Below are positions 1 through 11,245 of a DNA stretch of 64,000 bases, one piece after another; position 1 is the first letter of the stretch, and each line of letters opens with the position of its first letter. The translations under genes were made by a program, and so were the position numbers. The stretch covers positions 5,472,001 through 5,536,000 of the forward strand of contig OY970166.1 of assembly GCA_963706595.1 (NCBI GenBank), given 5' to 3'. The notes below the pieces were generated by a model that saw only the letters and a program-made list of their open reading frames with translations, was not told the DNA's origin and did not search any database. The DNA is from an uncultured cyanobacterium (GTDB taxonomy: Bacteria; Cyanobacteriota; Cyanobacteriia; Cyanobacteriales; Nostocaceae).

Positions 1-1049
1 TCTGGTGTCGTAAAAATAGCTGTCGGGATATTTTCGTAACTCATGGTGCGAGACTTGTTACCAAATACAGTATCTGCTAACGCCCTACCTTCATTAATCG
101 CCACCGGAGTTAAATTAATATTATCTGTACAATCTCCCAGTGCATAGATATTTTCTTCACTGGTTTGACTGTATTTATCAACTATAACTGCGCCATTCTT
201 GTCTAACTGAACTTTAGTATTTTCCAAGCCCAATTTTTGCGTGTTGGGTTTGCGCCCTGTAGCTGCTAAACTGACGGCATCAACAATTACTGTCTCCTCA
301 GAATCACCATTGTTGCGAACAGTCACCTTTAAGCCTGAGTCAGTCTTCTCTATACCAGTTATTTCGCTATTATTGAGAATTTTGATGCCATGATTACCCA
401 TTGCTTGCTGAATTTCTGTTTGCAAGTCTTCATCAAAACCACGCAAAATTTTGTCATTGCGAATTATCTGGGTGACATGGCTTCCTAGTCCATTCAGGAT
501 ACAAGCAAATTCTGAACCAATATAACCTCCCCCCAAAATGACGAGGCGCTGGGGCTGTTCTTTGAGGTGGAAGATATCATCGGAGGTAATCGCATATTCA
601 ATTCCGGGGATTTCTGGCTTGACAGGATACCCACCCACAGCGATTAAAATCTTGTCTGCGGTAACTTGGCGATCGCCTACTTGAACCGTGTGAGCATCAA
701 TAAATGTACCATATCCCTCCAAGATTTCAACCTTGGATTTATCCAGCATCCCTTTATAAATGCCATTCAGGCGAATCACTTCATTATTGACCGCCGTAAT
801 CATTTTTTCCCAATTTAGACTACTCTTGACTGCACTCCAGCCATATCCTTGGGAATCTTCCAACAACTCAGGAAAATGGGAAGCATAAACCATTAACTTT
901 TTAGGGACACAGCCACGATTTACGCAGGTTCCGCCAAGTCGGTCAAACTCAGCCACCCCTACTTTAGCTCCATATTCCGCAGCCCTTCTAGCGGTTGCAA
1001 TCCCACCAGATCCTGCACCAATTACAAATAAGTCGAAATCGTAACTCAT
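1..1049 (-). CDS. gor: Glutathione reductase (3' end runs off the window)
   Basis: Manual translation from ATG at 1049: MSYDFDLFVIGAGSGG (FAD Rossmann motif), GGTCVNRGCVPKK (redox disulfide), ILGGGYIG (NADPH site). Absent from the ORF track because it is truncated. Confidence 0.95.
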   Translation of the reverse strand, partial: MSYDFDLFVIGAGSGGIATARRAAEYGAKVGVAEFDRLGGTCVNRGCVPKKLMVYASHFPELLEDSQGYGWSAVKSSLNWEKMITAVNNEVIRLNGIYKGMLDKSKVEILEGYGTFIDAHTVQVGDRQVTADKILIAVGGYPVKPEIPGIEYAITSDDIFHLKEQPQRLVILGGGYIGSEFACILNGLGSHVTQIIRNDKILRGFDEDLQTEIQQAMGNHGIKILNNSEITGIEKTDSGLKVTVRNNGDSEETVIVDAVSLAATGRKPNTQKLGLENTKVQLDKNGAVIVDKYSQTSEENIYALGDCTDNINLTPVAINEGRALADTVFGNKSRTMSYENIPTAIFTTP

Positions 1050-1162
1050 GTGTTGTGTCCCTCAATTTTTAAATTTTCAATATGGGGACTGGCCAATGGG
1101 GACTGGGGATGAGTTTTCATCATCCCCCATATCCAACGATCAATGCTCAGTCCCTTCAAATA

Positions 1163-1711
1163 TTACACAGCAGCAGGAGTTTTAGCTTGTTTTAGGTAAT
1201 TAAGCATGGTGTCTGCATCCGAAACTTCAAATGGATCGGTGGGACAGTTATCTTCATAACCAGCTTCAATGAAAATCTTTTCAATTTTGCCGTCATTCAC
1301 GACCATTGAGTAACGCCAAGAGCGCAGACCAAAGCCCAGGTTAGATTTATCAACTAACATTCCCATCTTGCGGGTAAATTCACCGTTACCATCAGGGAGC
1401 AGCTTAACATTTGTAGCGCCTTGTTGCTTGCCCCACTGGAACATGACAAAGGCATCATTCACAGATACACAAACTACATCATCAACTCCCAAGGCTTTGA
1501 ATTGGTCGTAGAGTTCTTCGTAGCGAGGAAGGTGGGATGTGGAACAAGTGGGGGTAAAAGCTCCTGGTAGTGAAAATACTACTACACGCTTACCTGCGAA
1601 AACATCTTGTGTGGTGCGGTCTTCCCAACGGAAGGGGTTAGGACCACCAATGGACTCGTCGCGCACGCGGGTTTTGAATACAACGTTGGGAACTTTTTCG
1701 ATAACAGCCAT
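1163..1711 (-). CDS. Type II (Prx5-like) peroxiredoxin
   Basis: [17 protein letters not shown] peroxidatic-Cys motif, [16 protein letters not shown]; sits between gor and a PerR-like gene. Confidence 0.95.
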   Translation of the reverse strand: MAVIEKVPNVVFKTRVRDESIGGPNPFRWEDRTTQDVFAGKRVVVFSLPGAFTPTCSTSHLPRYEELYDQFKALGVDDVVCVSVNDAFVMFQWGKQQGATNVKLLPDGNGEFTRKMGMLVDKSNLGFGLRSWRYSMVVNDGKIEKIFIEAGYEDNCPTDPFEVSDADTMLNYLKQAKTPAAV

Positions 1712-1766
1712 ATTAATCTTGTGGTCAGTGTAGTTTTAATTTGTGATTGCATTATGCTTTCTCATC

Positions 1767-1781
1767 TCAGAATAATTCTGA
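1767..1781. promoter_or_regulatory. Putative PerR/Fur-type operator (7-1-7 inverted repeat)
   Basis: Perfect TCAGAAT-A-ATTCTGA palindrome between the divergent prx and perR genes. Confidence 0.6.
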
Positions 1782-1903
1782 TTTGCGAAAAGTTCAATAG
1801 TTATAAATACTTAATTTCTGGATTTGTTCAGATATGATACGAATTTATTAATGGCATAGATTAGAATAGGGGAATCCTTAAAATTAAAAATGTAGCAGCA
1901 GAT

Positions 1904-2329
1904 ATGCAGCAAGAGGCACACACAATTATTCAAACCTTAAAATCTAAGGGTTTGAGGGTGACTCCTCAGAGGTTCGCAGTTTATGCAAATTTGTTATCTC
2001 GGTGTGATCACCCCACAGTTGAAACCATCCTGGCGGATCTCAATAAGGATTTCCCAGTGTCGTCTCAGGCGACTATTTACAGTTCTCTACAAGCTCTGAG
2101 AGAAGTGGGTCTTGTGCAGGAGGTTTTACTGGAAGAAGGGGTTTGTCGCTATGATGCGAATGTGGAACCTCATCACCATTTTTGTTGTCGCCGATGTGGT
2201 GCAATTGAAGATATTGCCTGGGAAACTTTCCAGTGTGTAGATATGAAGAGTTTACGCCCTGGTATGCGTGGCGAAAGTTATGAAGTGACTGTTCGGGGTT
2301 GGTGCGATAGTTGTGAAATAACTACTTAA
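1904..2329 (+). CDS. perR: Fur-family peroxide-responsive repressor (PerR, Slr1738-like)
   Basis: LRVTPQR, DHPT, HHHFCCRRCG and C-terminal CDSC Zn motifs; divergent from a type II Prx. Confidence 0.85.
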   Translation: MQQEAHTIIQTLKSKGLRVTPQRFAVYANLLSRCDHPTVETILADLNKDFPVSSQATIYSSLQALREVGLVQEVLLEEGVCRYDANVEPHHHFCCRRCGAIEDIAWETFQCVDMKSLRPGMRGESYEVTVRGWCDSCEITT

Positions 2330-4580
2330 GTATTTCTTGTAAAGACAGTAGTAATTCATTTATGGTATAGGGTTTGGGCAAAAATGTTTGTGTACCAGTG
2401 TCAATCACTTCTGCTAACTTAGTTTTGGACATGAAACCACTGGTAGCAATAATTTTGACCTGGGGGTTAATTTTTTGCAAAGTCCGAATGGCTGTGACTC
2501 CATCTAAGGAAGGTAACATCATATCCATGAGTACAGCGCTAATTTTTTCTGCATATTTAGCATATAGTGCGATCGCCTCAATGCCGTCACTAGCAATTAA
2601 AGTCTGATATTGGTGACTTTCGAGCGAATTTCTGGTGACATCCTGTATCGAAGGTTCATCATCTACAATCAGAATTAATTCCCCATGTCCTGCGGGTATG
2701 GCGATATCTTCAACAGCGAGGGTTTCTGTTCCCCCCACAGCAGGTAAGTACACCTTAAAGCTAGTACCATGCCCTACCTCGCTATAGACATTGATAAAAC
2801 CACCGTGACTTTTAACAATTCCAATCACAGTAGAAAGTCCTAAACCTGTACCTTGTCCCACTGGTTTAGTAGTAAAAAATGGCTCGAAAATTCTATCTAA
2901 AGTTTCCTGGGGTATACCAATTCCTGTATCAGTAACCGTAATTACCACATATAATCCAGCTTCCGCTTCCAAATTCATCCGTGCATAATTTTCATCAACC
3001 ACGAAATTCTCAGCAGATATACTTAAAGTACCCCGATTAGGCATAGCATCGCGGGCGTTGACACAAAGATTCATCACTACCTGATGGAGTTGGGTACTAT
3101 CTCCAGAAACCAGCCACAAGTCGTTAGGAATATCAGTCTGAATTTCGATGCTTCTGGGGAATGTTTCTTTGAGAATTTTGGCAATTTCCACAATCAAATG
3201 CCTAATCTGCAAAGTAATGCGCTTCCCTTCTACACCCCTGGCAAAAGATAGCACCTGCTTCACTAAATCTGCTCCCCGTTTGGCGTTGATTTCCAAAATT
3301 TCCAACAACCGCATAGTCCGTTCATCAGCATCGGGGAATTTCATCGGTAGCAATTGCGCCCCTGCCAAAATTGGTGTTAAAATATTATTCAGATCGTGAG
3401 CAATACCACTAGCTAGTGTACCGATACTTTCCAGACGTTGGGCGCGAAATAATTGTGATTCTAAACGCTTCTTCTCAGTAATATCCGTATCTACAATCAG
3501 AATTGATTTAGGCATTCCCTGTGCGTCGCGTACCAAACTCCAACGACTAGCTACCAGGAGTTCTTTACCAGTTTTAGTGATTTGAGTTAACTCGCCTTGC
3601 CACTTACCTTTAGTCATGACAGACAATAAAGCCTCATGGTTTTCCTGAGCCGCTTCATTATCCAAAAGCTCACTAGCATTTCTGCCTATAGCCTCTTGAA
3701 CTGTCCAACCATAGAGAGTTTCTGCACCTTTATTCCAAAACAGAATCTGATTTTCTAAATCACTCACACAAATTGCATCAGTGGTGATGTCTAGTAAAGC
3801 CGCTTGTTCACGAATTTTGGCTTCGGAAAGCTTGCGTTCGCTGATGTCAATCCCCGCACAAGTTATACCGACAATTTCCTGCGACTCATTTCGCAATGGT
3901 TCCACAGTCAAGTCGTAATATCGAGTCCCTTGGGGGGTAGTGATAGATACTTCATCTCGCATCCCGATGCCGTTTGTCAGTACACTATGTTTAATCGCCG
4001 TCAAACGTTGAGCATCTTTGTCTGGAATCAAATCACAGTCATGTTTACCCAACATATCCTGACTCGTCCATCCAGACATCGGGTTATAAACCCAGGTGTA
4101 AGATAAATTTATGTCTTGGTTAAAAACAAAGATGGGGGAATTTTTTAAAGCTACCCGAAAGCGTTCTTCACTCTGGCGCAACGCATTTTCCGAACGTTGA
4201 CGCTCAATAGCATAACGCATAGAACGCACCAGCAAATCGCCAGTCACTTGACCCTTGACTAAATAATCTTGTGCGCCTGACTGCATCGCTCTTAGTGCCA
4301 GGGTTTCATCATCTAAACCCGTCAACACAATAATCGGAGTGGCTTTGGCATGATGAGCCATGCGGATAAAGGTGTCTAGTCCCTGGCTATCAGGTAATGA
4401 AAGGTCTAAGAGGATGACATCGAAGTTTTCTCTAGCTATACAGTCGAGTGCGTCAAAGAGTTGCTCAAAAGGTTGCAACTCGACGTTAGCTGTAGTTACT
4501 TCCTGTAATAACTCTTGTAGTAAAAAAACATCACCAGGGTTATCTTCGACTAACAAGACTTTAAGAGATTTTCCTGCCAT
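2322..4580 (-). CDS. Hybrid sensor histidine kinase (REC-PAS-PAS-HisKA-HATPase-REC)
   Basis: N-terminal LLVEDN/LDLSLPD receiver, H-box IAHDLNN, N/G boxes [22 protein letters not shown]-terminal receiver. Confidence 0.93.
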   Translation of the reverse strand: MAGKSLKVLLVEDNPGDVFLLQELLQEVTTANVELQPFEQLFDALDCIARENFDVILLDLSLPDSQGLDTFIRMAHHAKATPIIVLTGLDDETLALRAMQSGAQDYLVKGQVTGDLLVRSMRYAIERQRSENALRQSEERFRVALKNSPIFVFNQDINLSYTWVYNPMSGWTSQDMLGKHDCDLIPDKDAQRLTAIKHSVLTNGIGMRDEVSITTPQGTRYYDLTVEPLRNESQEIVGITCAGIDISERKLSEAKIREQAALLDITTDAICVSDLENQILFWNKGAETLYGWTVQEAIGRNASELLDNEAAQENHEALLSVMTKGKWQGELTQITKTGKELLVASRWSLVRDAQGMPKSILIVDTDITEKKRLESQLFRAQRLESIGTLASGIAHDLNNILTPILAGAQLLPMKFPDADERTMRLLEILEINAKRGADLVKQVLSFARGVEGKRITLQIRHLIVEIAKILKETFPRSIEIQTDIPNDLWLVSGDSTQLHQVVMNLCVNARDAMPNRGTLSISAENFVVDENYARMNLEAEAGLYVVITVTDTGIGIPQETLDRIFEPFFTTKPVGQGTGLGLSTVIGIVKSHGGFINVYSEVGHGTSFKVYLPAVGGTETLAVEDIAIPAGHGELILIVDDEPSIQDVTRNSLESHQYQTLIASDGIEAIALYAKYAEKISAVLMDMMLPSLDGVTAIRTLQKINPQVKIIATSGFMSKTKLAEVIDTGTQTFLPKPYTINELLLSLQEILK

Positions 4581-4588
4581 TGATTATT

Positions 4589-5035
4589 TCACTCCGGTGG
4601 CAGTTTGACAATTGCAAACCAGAAATTTTCTATAGACTGTACAATTTTAACGAATTGGTCAAAATCAACCGGCTTAGTGATAAAACAATTAGCCGAGAGA
4701 TTATAAGCTTTGAGAATATCTTCCTCGGATTGAGAAGTTGTCAACACAACTACAGGAATTCGCCTGAAATTTTGATCGGCTTTGATTTCTGCTAGTACTT
4801 CCCGCCCGTCCTTTCTGGGTAAGTTTAAATCGAGCAGGACAATATCTGGATGAGGTGCATTAGCATAGTTTCCCTGCTTTCGCAAAAATTCCATTGCCTC
4901 TACACCATCTTCCACCACATTCAGGTTAACTGATATTTTGCTATCTTCGAGGGCGATCCTGGTTAGTTGAGCATCGCCGGGATTGTCTTCTACTAACAAA
5001 ACCTCTATGGGCATAATCGTTGTTTTATGATTCAC
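4589..5035 (-). CDS. Single-domain response regulator (Rcp1-like)
   Basis: [20 protein letters not shown], and FW...VKLP C-terminus typical of phytochrome-associated Rcp1 proteins. Confidence 0.9.
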   Translation of the reverse strand: MNHKTTIMPIEVLLVEDNPGDAQLTRIALEDSKISVNLNVVEDGVEAMEFLRKQGNYANAPHPDIVLLDLNLPRKDGREVLAEIKADQNFRRIPVVVLTTSQSEEDILKAYNLSANCFITKPVDFDQFVKIVQSIENFWFAIVKLPPE

Positions 5036-7737
5036 GATTTTTTACCTGCCTTTTCTGGAATTGTGAAGTAGAAAGTCGAGCCTTGACCCGGTTTCGACTC
5101 AACCCAGATCCGGCCGCCGTGGCGTTCTATAATCTTTTTACAAATTGCCAACCCAATTCCAGTTCCTGGGTATTTACTTCTACCGTGCAAGCGTTGAAAA
5201 ATTACAAAAATGCGTTCAGCATATTGGGGTTCTATGCCAATTCCATTATCGCTGACGGAGAATAGCCATTCATTTGGGGGAGTGGGGAGTGGGGAGTGGG
5301 GAGTTACTTCGACTTCGCTCAGTAACCGGGGGAGTGGGGAATGGGGAGTGGGGAGTGGGGAGTGGGGAGTGGGGAGTGGGGAATGGGGAATGGGGAGTGG
5401 GGAGTGGGGAATGGGGAGTGGGGAGTGGGGAGTCGGGATTTGTTCTTGTGTTGGTTCTGCTTTCGCTGCTCCCAGATGAATTTTTATTGGTGATTCTCCT
5501 CGGAATTTGATGGCGTTAGCAATTAAGTTTTGTAACACTTGGGTGAGTTGGCTAGGATCAGCCATGACTATCGGTAAAGGATCATGGGTAATGATTGCGC
5601 CACTTTCTTCTATGGTAAATTTGAGATTGGCGATCGCCCGTTCAAAAATTGTCTGAAAATCAACTTCGACAATCGGCTGTCCCCGGCTGGTAACACGAGA
5701 ATAGTTCAACAAATCATTAATTAGGCTTTGCATCCGCCGCGCCCCATCGACAGCGTAGGTGATAAACTGTTCGGCATTAGCATCTAATTCATGTTTATAT
5801 TTGCGTTCTAACAGTTGTAAATAACTTGTCACCATCCGCAACGGCTCTTGTAAATCATGGGAAGCTACATAAGCAAATTGTTCTAATTCAGCATTAGAGC
5901 GAGCTAATTCCTGAGTATGGCGGGTTTCTTGTTCTAATAACTTGGCTTGAGCGATCGCAATGCCAATTTGGTTAGCTATCTGTTGTAACAAATCTAACTC
6001 AAAGCTGTTCCACTGGCGAGGTGTTGCACACTGATGAGCAATCAACAAACCCCAAAGATTTCCTCTGACCAGAATCGGGACTACAAGGTTAGCTTTTACA
6101 CCTAAACTTTGCAGAAATTCCCGATAGCAGTCTTTAATATCAGCTTGTTCAACGTCTACAATTGCAGCAACTCTTCCTAGACGATATTTTTCCACATAGC
6201 CTTGTTCCTTAAAACAGGGGTCGAGGATGTCTTCTCCTAGAACCACAGGCCAACCAGGTAGTACAGCTTCTTGTACCACCGTTCCCGAACCATCAGCCCA
6301 AACTTGAAACATCACAACTCGGTCAGCTTGGAGGAGTTTTTGGACTTCTTTGACGGTAGTTTGCAGAATTTCCTCTAGTTGTAGACTTTCTCTAATTTTC
6401 AGGGTGATTTCTGCGAAAAGTTGGGAGCGCAAATTCTGCCGTTTTAATTCCTCTTCAGCTTGTTTGCGTTCAGCAATATCAGTATGGGAACCTAGCATCC
6501 GCACCACATCACCAGCTTCATTCCAAAGTGCTTGTCCGCGATCTAGAATCCATTTATAACTACCGTCTTTACATAAAAGTCGATGTTCAGTCACATAAAA
6601 CGGTGTTTTCTTGGTAAAATGATTCTCAAAGGCTTGCAAAACACGCTCTAAATCATCAGGATGGACTCGTTTTTCCCATTCATCCCAATGATTAGCAATT
6701 TCCTGGTCTGCATATCCCAGCATTTCCTTCCAGCGAGTGGAGTAAAACACCTCATTGGTTTTGACATTCCAATCCCAAATACCATCATTATTACCTTGTA
6801 ACGCTAATTGCCAACGTTCTTCGCTTTGTCGCAGGGCTGCGGCTATTTGCTGCTTTTCGGTAATATCTTGAAAATACACAGACAAGCCATTGCGCGAGGG
6901 ATAGGCGTGAACGCTAAACCAACCGTTCAGGGGTGGATAGAACTCTTCAAATTCCACACTAACTTGTTGCGCGATCGCCGGAGGCGGGGCTTTGCCCATC
7001 GCTCTGTGATACTCACCATAAAATTTTGTCTCTACCAGTGCTGGGAAAACTTCCCAGATATTTTTACCCAATAGCTGATTTTTGCTTTTTTGTAACAGTC
7101 CTTCTGCTTGACTATTAATATATGTAAATCGCCAATCTTGATCTAGGGCAAAAAAGGCATCAGTGATACTTTCGAGTATATTGGTAATCTGGGTTTTCGC
7201 AGCTTGCTCATGAGTGATCAACTCATCACTAATCAGAGACACTTCCGATACATTACGTCTGAGTTCCAGTTGGTTAATTACCAAGCGACTCAAAGCCACC
7301 AGTGCTTCTACTTGTTGTTGGCTGAGTTGCCGTGGTACTTTGTCAATTACACACAGAGTTCCCAGCATATAGCCCTTCGGTGTAATCAAGGGGACACCAG
7401 CATAAAACCTCACATAGGGATAATCAGTCACCACCGGATTAGTTGCTAACTTGGCATCAGCTAAAGCATCTGGTACTACAACAACATCCCGGATTTCTTG
7501 GCAAAGATAAGATAACCCGACATTACGGGGCATTTCCGGCACATCCAAACCTAGTTTAGCTTTAAACCACTGACGATCTTCATCAATAAAATTGACTAAA
7601 GCAATGGGTGTACCGCAGATAAAAGCAGCTAATTGAGCCAAATCATCATAAGCTTCTTCCGGTTCCGTGTCCAAAATCTGATACTGGCGGAGAACTTCCA
7701 GCCTCACCGCTTCATAATTATTCGATTCAGCATTCAT
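5032..7737 (-). CDS. Multi-sensor histidine kinase, GAF-PAS-PAS-GAF(DXCF cyanobacteriochrome)-HisKA-HATPase
   Basis: Second GAF has DPCF (6211-6222) and DCY (6124-6132) cysteines plus [18 protein letters not shown]-box [23 protein letters not shown]. Confidence 0.9.
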   Translation of the reverse strand: MNAESNNYEAVRLEVLRQYQILDTEPEEAYDDLAQLAAFICGTPIALVNFIDEDRQWFKAKLGLDVPEMPRNVGLSYLCQEIRDVVVVPDALADAKLATNPVVTDYPYVRFYAGVPLITPKGYMLGTLCVIDKVPRQLSQQQVEALVALSRLVINQLELRRNVSEVSLISDELITHEQAAKTQITNILESITDAFFALDQDWRFTYINSQAEGLLQKSKNQLLGKNIWEVFPALVETKFYGEYHRAMGKAPPPAIAQQVSVEFEEFYPPLNGWFSVHAYPSRNGLSVYFQDITEKQQIAAALRQSEERWQLALQGNNDGIWDWNVKTNEVFYSTRWKEMLGYADQEIANHWDEWEKRVHPDDLERVLQAFENHFTKKTPFYVTEHRLLCKDGSYKWILDRGQALWNEAGDVVRMLGSHTDIAERKQAEEELKRQNLRSQLFAEITLKIRESLQLEEILQTTVKEVQKLLQADRVVMFQVWADGSGTVVQEAVLPGWPVVLGEDILDPCFKEQGYVEKYRLGRVAAIVDVEQADIKDCYREFLQSLGVKANLVVPILVRGNLWGLLIAHQCATPRQWNSFELDLLQQIANQIGIAIAQAKLLEQETRHTQELARSNAELEQFAYVASHDLQEPLRMVTSYLQLLERKYKHELDANAEQFITYAVDGARRMQSLINDLLNYSRVTSRGQPIVEVDFQTIFERAIANLKFTIEESGAIITHDPLPIVMADPSQLTQVLQNLIANAIKFRGESPIKIHLGAAKAEPTQEQIPTPHSPLPIPHSPLPIPHSPLPTPHSPLPTPHSPLPRLLSEVEVTPHSPLPTPPNEWLFSVSDNGIGIEPQYAERIFVIFQRLHGRSKYPGTGIGLAICKKIIERHGGRIWVESKPGQGSTFYFTIPEKAGKKS
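5277..5433. repeat. STRR heptamer array (GGGGAGT/GGGGAAT)n in-frame in the kinase, with a nested 24-nt hairpin repeat (5303-5326)
   Basis: Direct reading; encodes (PTPHSPL)n. Nested GTTACT-TCGACTTCGCTC-AGTAAC encodes part of RLLSEVEVT. Confidence 0.95.
6979..7002. repeat. 24-nt HIP1-associated small dispersed repeat, in-frame
   Basis: Minus strand GCGATGGGCAAAGCCCCGCCTCCG abuts GCGATCGC; adds AMGKAPPP to a PAS domain. Confidence 0.75.
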
Positions 7738-7941
7738 CGGGTTTTATAAATAAATTTAAAAAATTTAGGGGATAGTTCTAGTGTAACCAAGTGATGTGAT
7801 TAACCGTTGTTTGCCGGTGCGCTCAATGCAACAGGAGCAACATCACCGTAGTGAATGTTACGCCCTGGGTAAGATACAAATCACGACAATATATATAAGG
7901 CTAGGATATGTGCTTTATATAATTTTTGTCTAATTTACTTA

Positions 7942-8976
7942 GTGCTTGTGATTGATCAACACGCTGAAAAACTGCTCAAAATTACACAAGAAAAAGCATC
8001 AGGTGAAGGTTATAGATTTAGCTGGTTTGACTGGTTTTGTCTGTGCTATCCTCCTGGCTGGCTGGTGTTATTTAACCGCCACTGGCAGCACTATCACCTT
8101 GACCCCGATGGTTGGAATTGGGTAGAATATGGATTATTTTTAGTTCCCGGTGGATTTTACTTGGCACTACTAATGCGATGGTTGCGTCTGGGATGTCGTT
8201 CACCAAGACAAGAAGTTGATGAATATAATCCTCAGTATCAGAAAGTGTTTCGGGAAGAAATTTTAGCTCCCATAGTTAAATATTATTTTCGGGCAGAATT
8301 GCAACAAATTGACAACTTACCGTCACAAACGCCTGTAATTGTAGCGATGAATCATGCAGGGATGTGTTTTCCTTGGGATTTTATCACCTTGGGTTATTTA
8401 TTAAGTAAAACCCAAGGATGGGAAGTGCAACCCCTAGCCAGTGAAACACTATTTGAGCATCCTTGGATGAGTTGGTGGTTACCACCTAAATGGTCCCAGG
8501 TGTTAGGCGCTGTGAGAGCGGACAGAGGTGATTTTGAAAAAGCCATTGCTCAAGGTAAAACACTGCTGTACGCACCAGAAGGAGTACGTGGACCGCTTAA
8601 AGGCTGGAGTCAACGCTATCAACTGCAAAAATTTGATGTGAGTTTTATGCAACTGAGCGATCGCTATCATATTCCCATTCTCCCAGTTGCGTGCATTGGT
8701 AGCGAATCTTTACATCCTGGGACAGTAAACCTCAAGAAATTGCAAAAACTATTTAAATTACCCTTCCTACCCATATCACCATTAATAATTATGTTGATCA
8801 TATTTCCCTCAATGGGAATTTGGGCAATGAGAACCCGCCTCAAATACTTTATCCAACCTGTACAAAAACTCAACTCAATCCAAACACGTGCAGCCACCTA
8901 TAAACAAGCACAGAAACTGCGAGAAACACTACAGATTCAAATTATCGCCTTGCTACAGCTATTTTCAGGTAAATAG
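7942..8976 (+). CDS. Phospholipid/glycerol acyltransferase family protein
   Basis: NHAGMCFPWD and YAPEG motifs, IPILPV; start codon uncertain (GTG at 7942 or 7948). Confidence 0.8.
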   Translation: MLVIDQHAEKLLKITQEKASGEGYRFSWFDWFCLCYPPGWLVLFNRHWQHYHLDPDGWNWVEYGLFLVPGGFYLALLMRWLRLGCRSPRQEVDEYNPQYQKVFREEILAPIVKYYFRAELQQIDNLPSQTPVIVAMNHAGMCFPWDFITLGYLLSKTQGWEVQPLASETLFEHPWMSWWLPPKWSQVLGAVRADRGDFEKAIAQGKTLLYAPEGVRGPLKGWSQRYQLQKFDVSFMQLSDRYHIPILPVACIGSESLHPGTVNLKKLQKLFKLPFLPISPLIIMLIIFPSMGIWAMRTRLKYFIQPVQKLNSIQTRAATYKQAQKLRETLQIQIIALLQLFSGK

Positions 8977-9108
8977 ACCACAAACCGACCTCTCTCCAAA
9001 CCTCTCTCCTGCAAGGAGAGAGGCTTTGATTGACCCCCCTTCCCTTGTAGGGAAGGGGCTGGGGGTTAGGTCTAATAATTGTGCTTCAAATACATAAAAA
9101 CTGCTGTA
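8954..9108. mobile_element. MITE-like element with imperfect TIRs (TACAGC...GCTGTA) and a GC-rich double-hairpin core
   Basis: Ends tacagctattttcaggtaaatagaccaca / tgtgcttcaaatacataaaaactgctgta; core nearly identical to 39889-39973. Confidence 0.75.
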
Positions 9109-9193
9109 AATCAAGATTTATCCCCCGCAGAGTCCCAGACTCCCAGAGAAAAAGAGTAAGAAAAACTCTGCGTACCTTAGCGTACCTCTGCGT

Positions 9194-9889
9194 TTAATCC
9201 ATAGAAGAACTGCCAAAACGGTAGCCTTTGCCGTAAACAGTATGAATTAGTGGCATCTCTTTGCCCACCTCAATCTTACGCCGCAGCAAGCGAATTAATG
9301 CAGCTATGACATTACTATTCGGTTGTTCCTTATCTTGCAACCAAAGATTTTGGAGAATTTGGGCATGAGTGAGTAAATGTCCCGTATTTTCCATAAAATA
9401 TTGGAGAAGCTGACTTTCTTTTTGAGATAACTCAATAATCCGTCCTTGACGATAGGCTACTTGGTTTTCACTATCAAGTTCTAAATCAGCCACTGACAGC
9501 CGTCCAGTTGTAGTTTCATAGCTAGGGGAACCAGCACGACGTAACAAAGCACGAACTCGCGCTAATAACTCCCGCAGTTCAAAGGGTTTGACTAAATAAT
9601 CATCAGCACCCGCGTCTAAACCTTCTACGCGGTCATCGAGAGTATCTTTGGCTGTGAGAAATAGTACAGGAGTGGCTTTACCTTGGCGGCGCAACTCCTG
9701 ACAAATCTCTAAACCAGTTTTTCCTGGTAACATCCAATCTAAAATCAGTAAATCATAAGTACCCACTGCGGCCAAGTCGCTACCAGTTGCGCCATCATAA
9801 GCCATATCCACACTATAACCCTCACGCGTTAACACGCGACTTAGGGGGTCAGTTAGTTCTACTTCGTCATCAACTAATAAAATTCTCAT
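9194..9889 (-). CDS. rppA: OmpR-family response regulator (RppA-like)
   Basis: MRILLVDDE, LDWMLPG, GADDYLVKPF, HTVYGKGYRF; ATG at 9889 preferred over TTG at 9907. Confidence 0.75.
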   Translation of the reverse strand: MRILLVDDEVELTDPLSRVLTREGYSVDMAYDGATGSDLAAVGTYDLLILDWMLPGKTGLEICQELRRQGKATPVLFLTAKDTLDDRVEGLDAGADDYLVKPFELRELLARVRALLRRAGSPSYETTTGRLSVADLELDSENQVAYRQGRIIELSQKESQLLQYFMENTGHLLTHAQILQNLWLQDKEQPNSNVIAALIRLLRRKIEVGKEMPLIHTVYGKGYRFGSSSMD

Positions 9890-10016
9890 GCTGCTTGTGG
9901 TAAGCAATCAAACCGCTACCCAGAGTCATTATTCCTTAGTTAAGCATACTCACGAGGGATATGATTGAACAGAGTGCTTAATTTTTAGCGCTCTTTTATG
10001 ACTCTGAAAAAATAAC

Positions 10017-10107
10017 AGGACTTACGCAACAATTGCCAAAAATCTTGATTTATCGAACCGCCAAGTCGCCAAGAACGCCAAGAAAAGGTAGATTATGCGT
10101 AAGTCCT
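10017..10107. mobile_element. MITE with AGGACTTACGCA terminal inverted repeats
   Basis: Perfect 12-bp TIR AGGACTTACGCA / TGCGTAAGTCCT; internal CGCCAAG repeats. Confidence 0.8.
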
Positions 10108-10121
10108 AAATAAAATAGTCG

Positions 10122-10363
10122 TAGTGGCGTGACAAGGCTAAAATGTTGCAATAGATTTTTGAGAAAATTGGGATAAATCAATGTTTTCTGCTTTTTTCCT
10201 AATGCACTATTTTAAGCTTGTCACACCAGTAGTGCCGTGGCAAGCTTAAAATAGTGCATTATGTTTCTCTTGTGGAACAGGCATCTTGCCTGTTCTGGGC
10301 GGGCTAGAAGCCCACCCCACAATATTTATGCTGATGCAACATTTTAGCCTTGCCACGCCAGTA
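10122..10363. mobile_element. Two abutting MITEs of one family (10122-10231 and 10230-10363)
   Basis: Related imperfect TIRs of the form TAGTGSCGTGRCAAG...CTTGYCACRCCAGTA in both copies, joined at a shared TA. Confidence 0.7.
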
Positions 10364-10503
10364 GTTTGCCGAAGGCGTAACCCAACACCAACAATTTTTA
10401 GTTTTGTTTGGTTTCCCAAAGCCTCAACCCAACCTCAGCCTAAATTCACTAATGACTACTTAATCGAGATATTCTGCTATATGAATCAACTGCCAAAAAG
10501 AAA

Positions 10504-11151
10504 ATGTTAACTGTTGCGTTACCCAAAGGGGAACTACTCAAAAATAGCATCCGCCTGCTGAAATCTGTAGGTTTGGATTTTAGCGCTTTTTTAGATTCAA
10601 GAACCCGCCAACTGCAAATTTCTGATGCTAGCGGACAAGCAAAGGGACTGTTAGTGCGGGGGCAAGATGTGCCTGTATATGTAGAATATGGTCAGGCACA
10701 GTTGGGAATTATTGGTTACGATGTGCTACGGGAGAAAAAGCCGCAAGTTGCACATTTAGTTGATTTACAGTTTGGTCATTGTCGAATGTCAGTGGCTGTA
10801 AAAGCATCTAGTGCCTATAAATCACCCTTAGATTTACCTCCTCATGGTCGAGTTGCTTCTAAGTATGTCAATTGCGCTCGTGAATATTTCCATAGTCTGG
10901 ATATACCTATAGAAATCGTACCCTTATATGGTTCTGTGGAGCTAGGTCCGATTACGGGAATGTCAGAAGCGATTGTGGATATAGTCTCTACTGGGCAGAC
11001 TTTGCGCGAAAATGGTTTAATTGAGATTACAACTTTGTATGAAAGTACGGCGCGTTTAATTGGTCATCCTCTGAGTTATCGTCTCAACACAGGTAACTTG
11101 CATCAATTCGTTGAGCAACTGCGCCAGGAAGCTTCTTTAACTGCCGTTTAA
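10504..11151 (+). CDS. hisG: ATP phosphoribosyltransferase (short form)
   Basis: [47 protein letters not shown]. Confidence 0.97.
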   Translation: MLTVALPKGELLKNSIRLLKSVGLDFSAFLDSRTRQLQISDASGQAKGLLVRGQDVPVYVEYGQAQLGIIGYDVLREKKPQVAHLVDLQFGHCRMSVAVKASSAYKSPLDLPPHGRVASKYVNCAREYFHSLDIPIEIVPLYGSVELGPITGMSEAIVDIVSTGQTLRENGLIEITTLYESTARLIGHPLSYRLNTGNLHQFVEQLRQEASLTAV

Positions 11152-11245
11152 CTCTAACAAAGCCTCCAGAATGATTTGGACATTCTGGAGTGGCGACCAG
11201 CGCCGCTCGAAGTTAGCCAAAAATTATCTTTTGCAAAATATCTAA

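Noticed and set aside
5210..5510. Plus-strand GSGEWGV-repeat ORFs
   Set aside because: Antisense readings of the STRR array inside the kinase gene.
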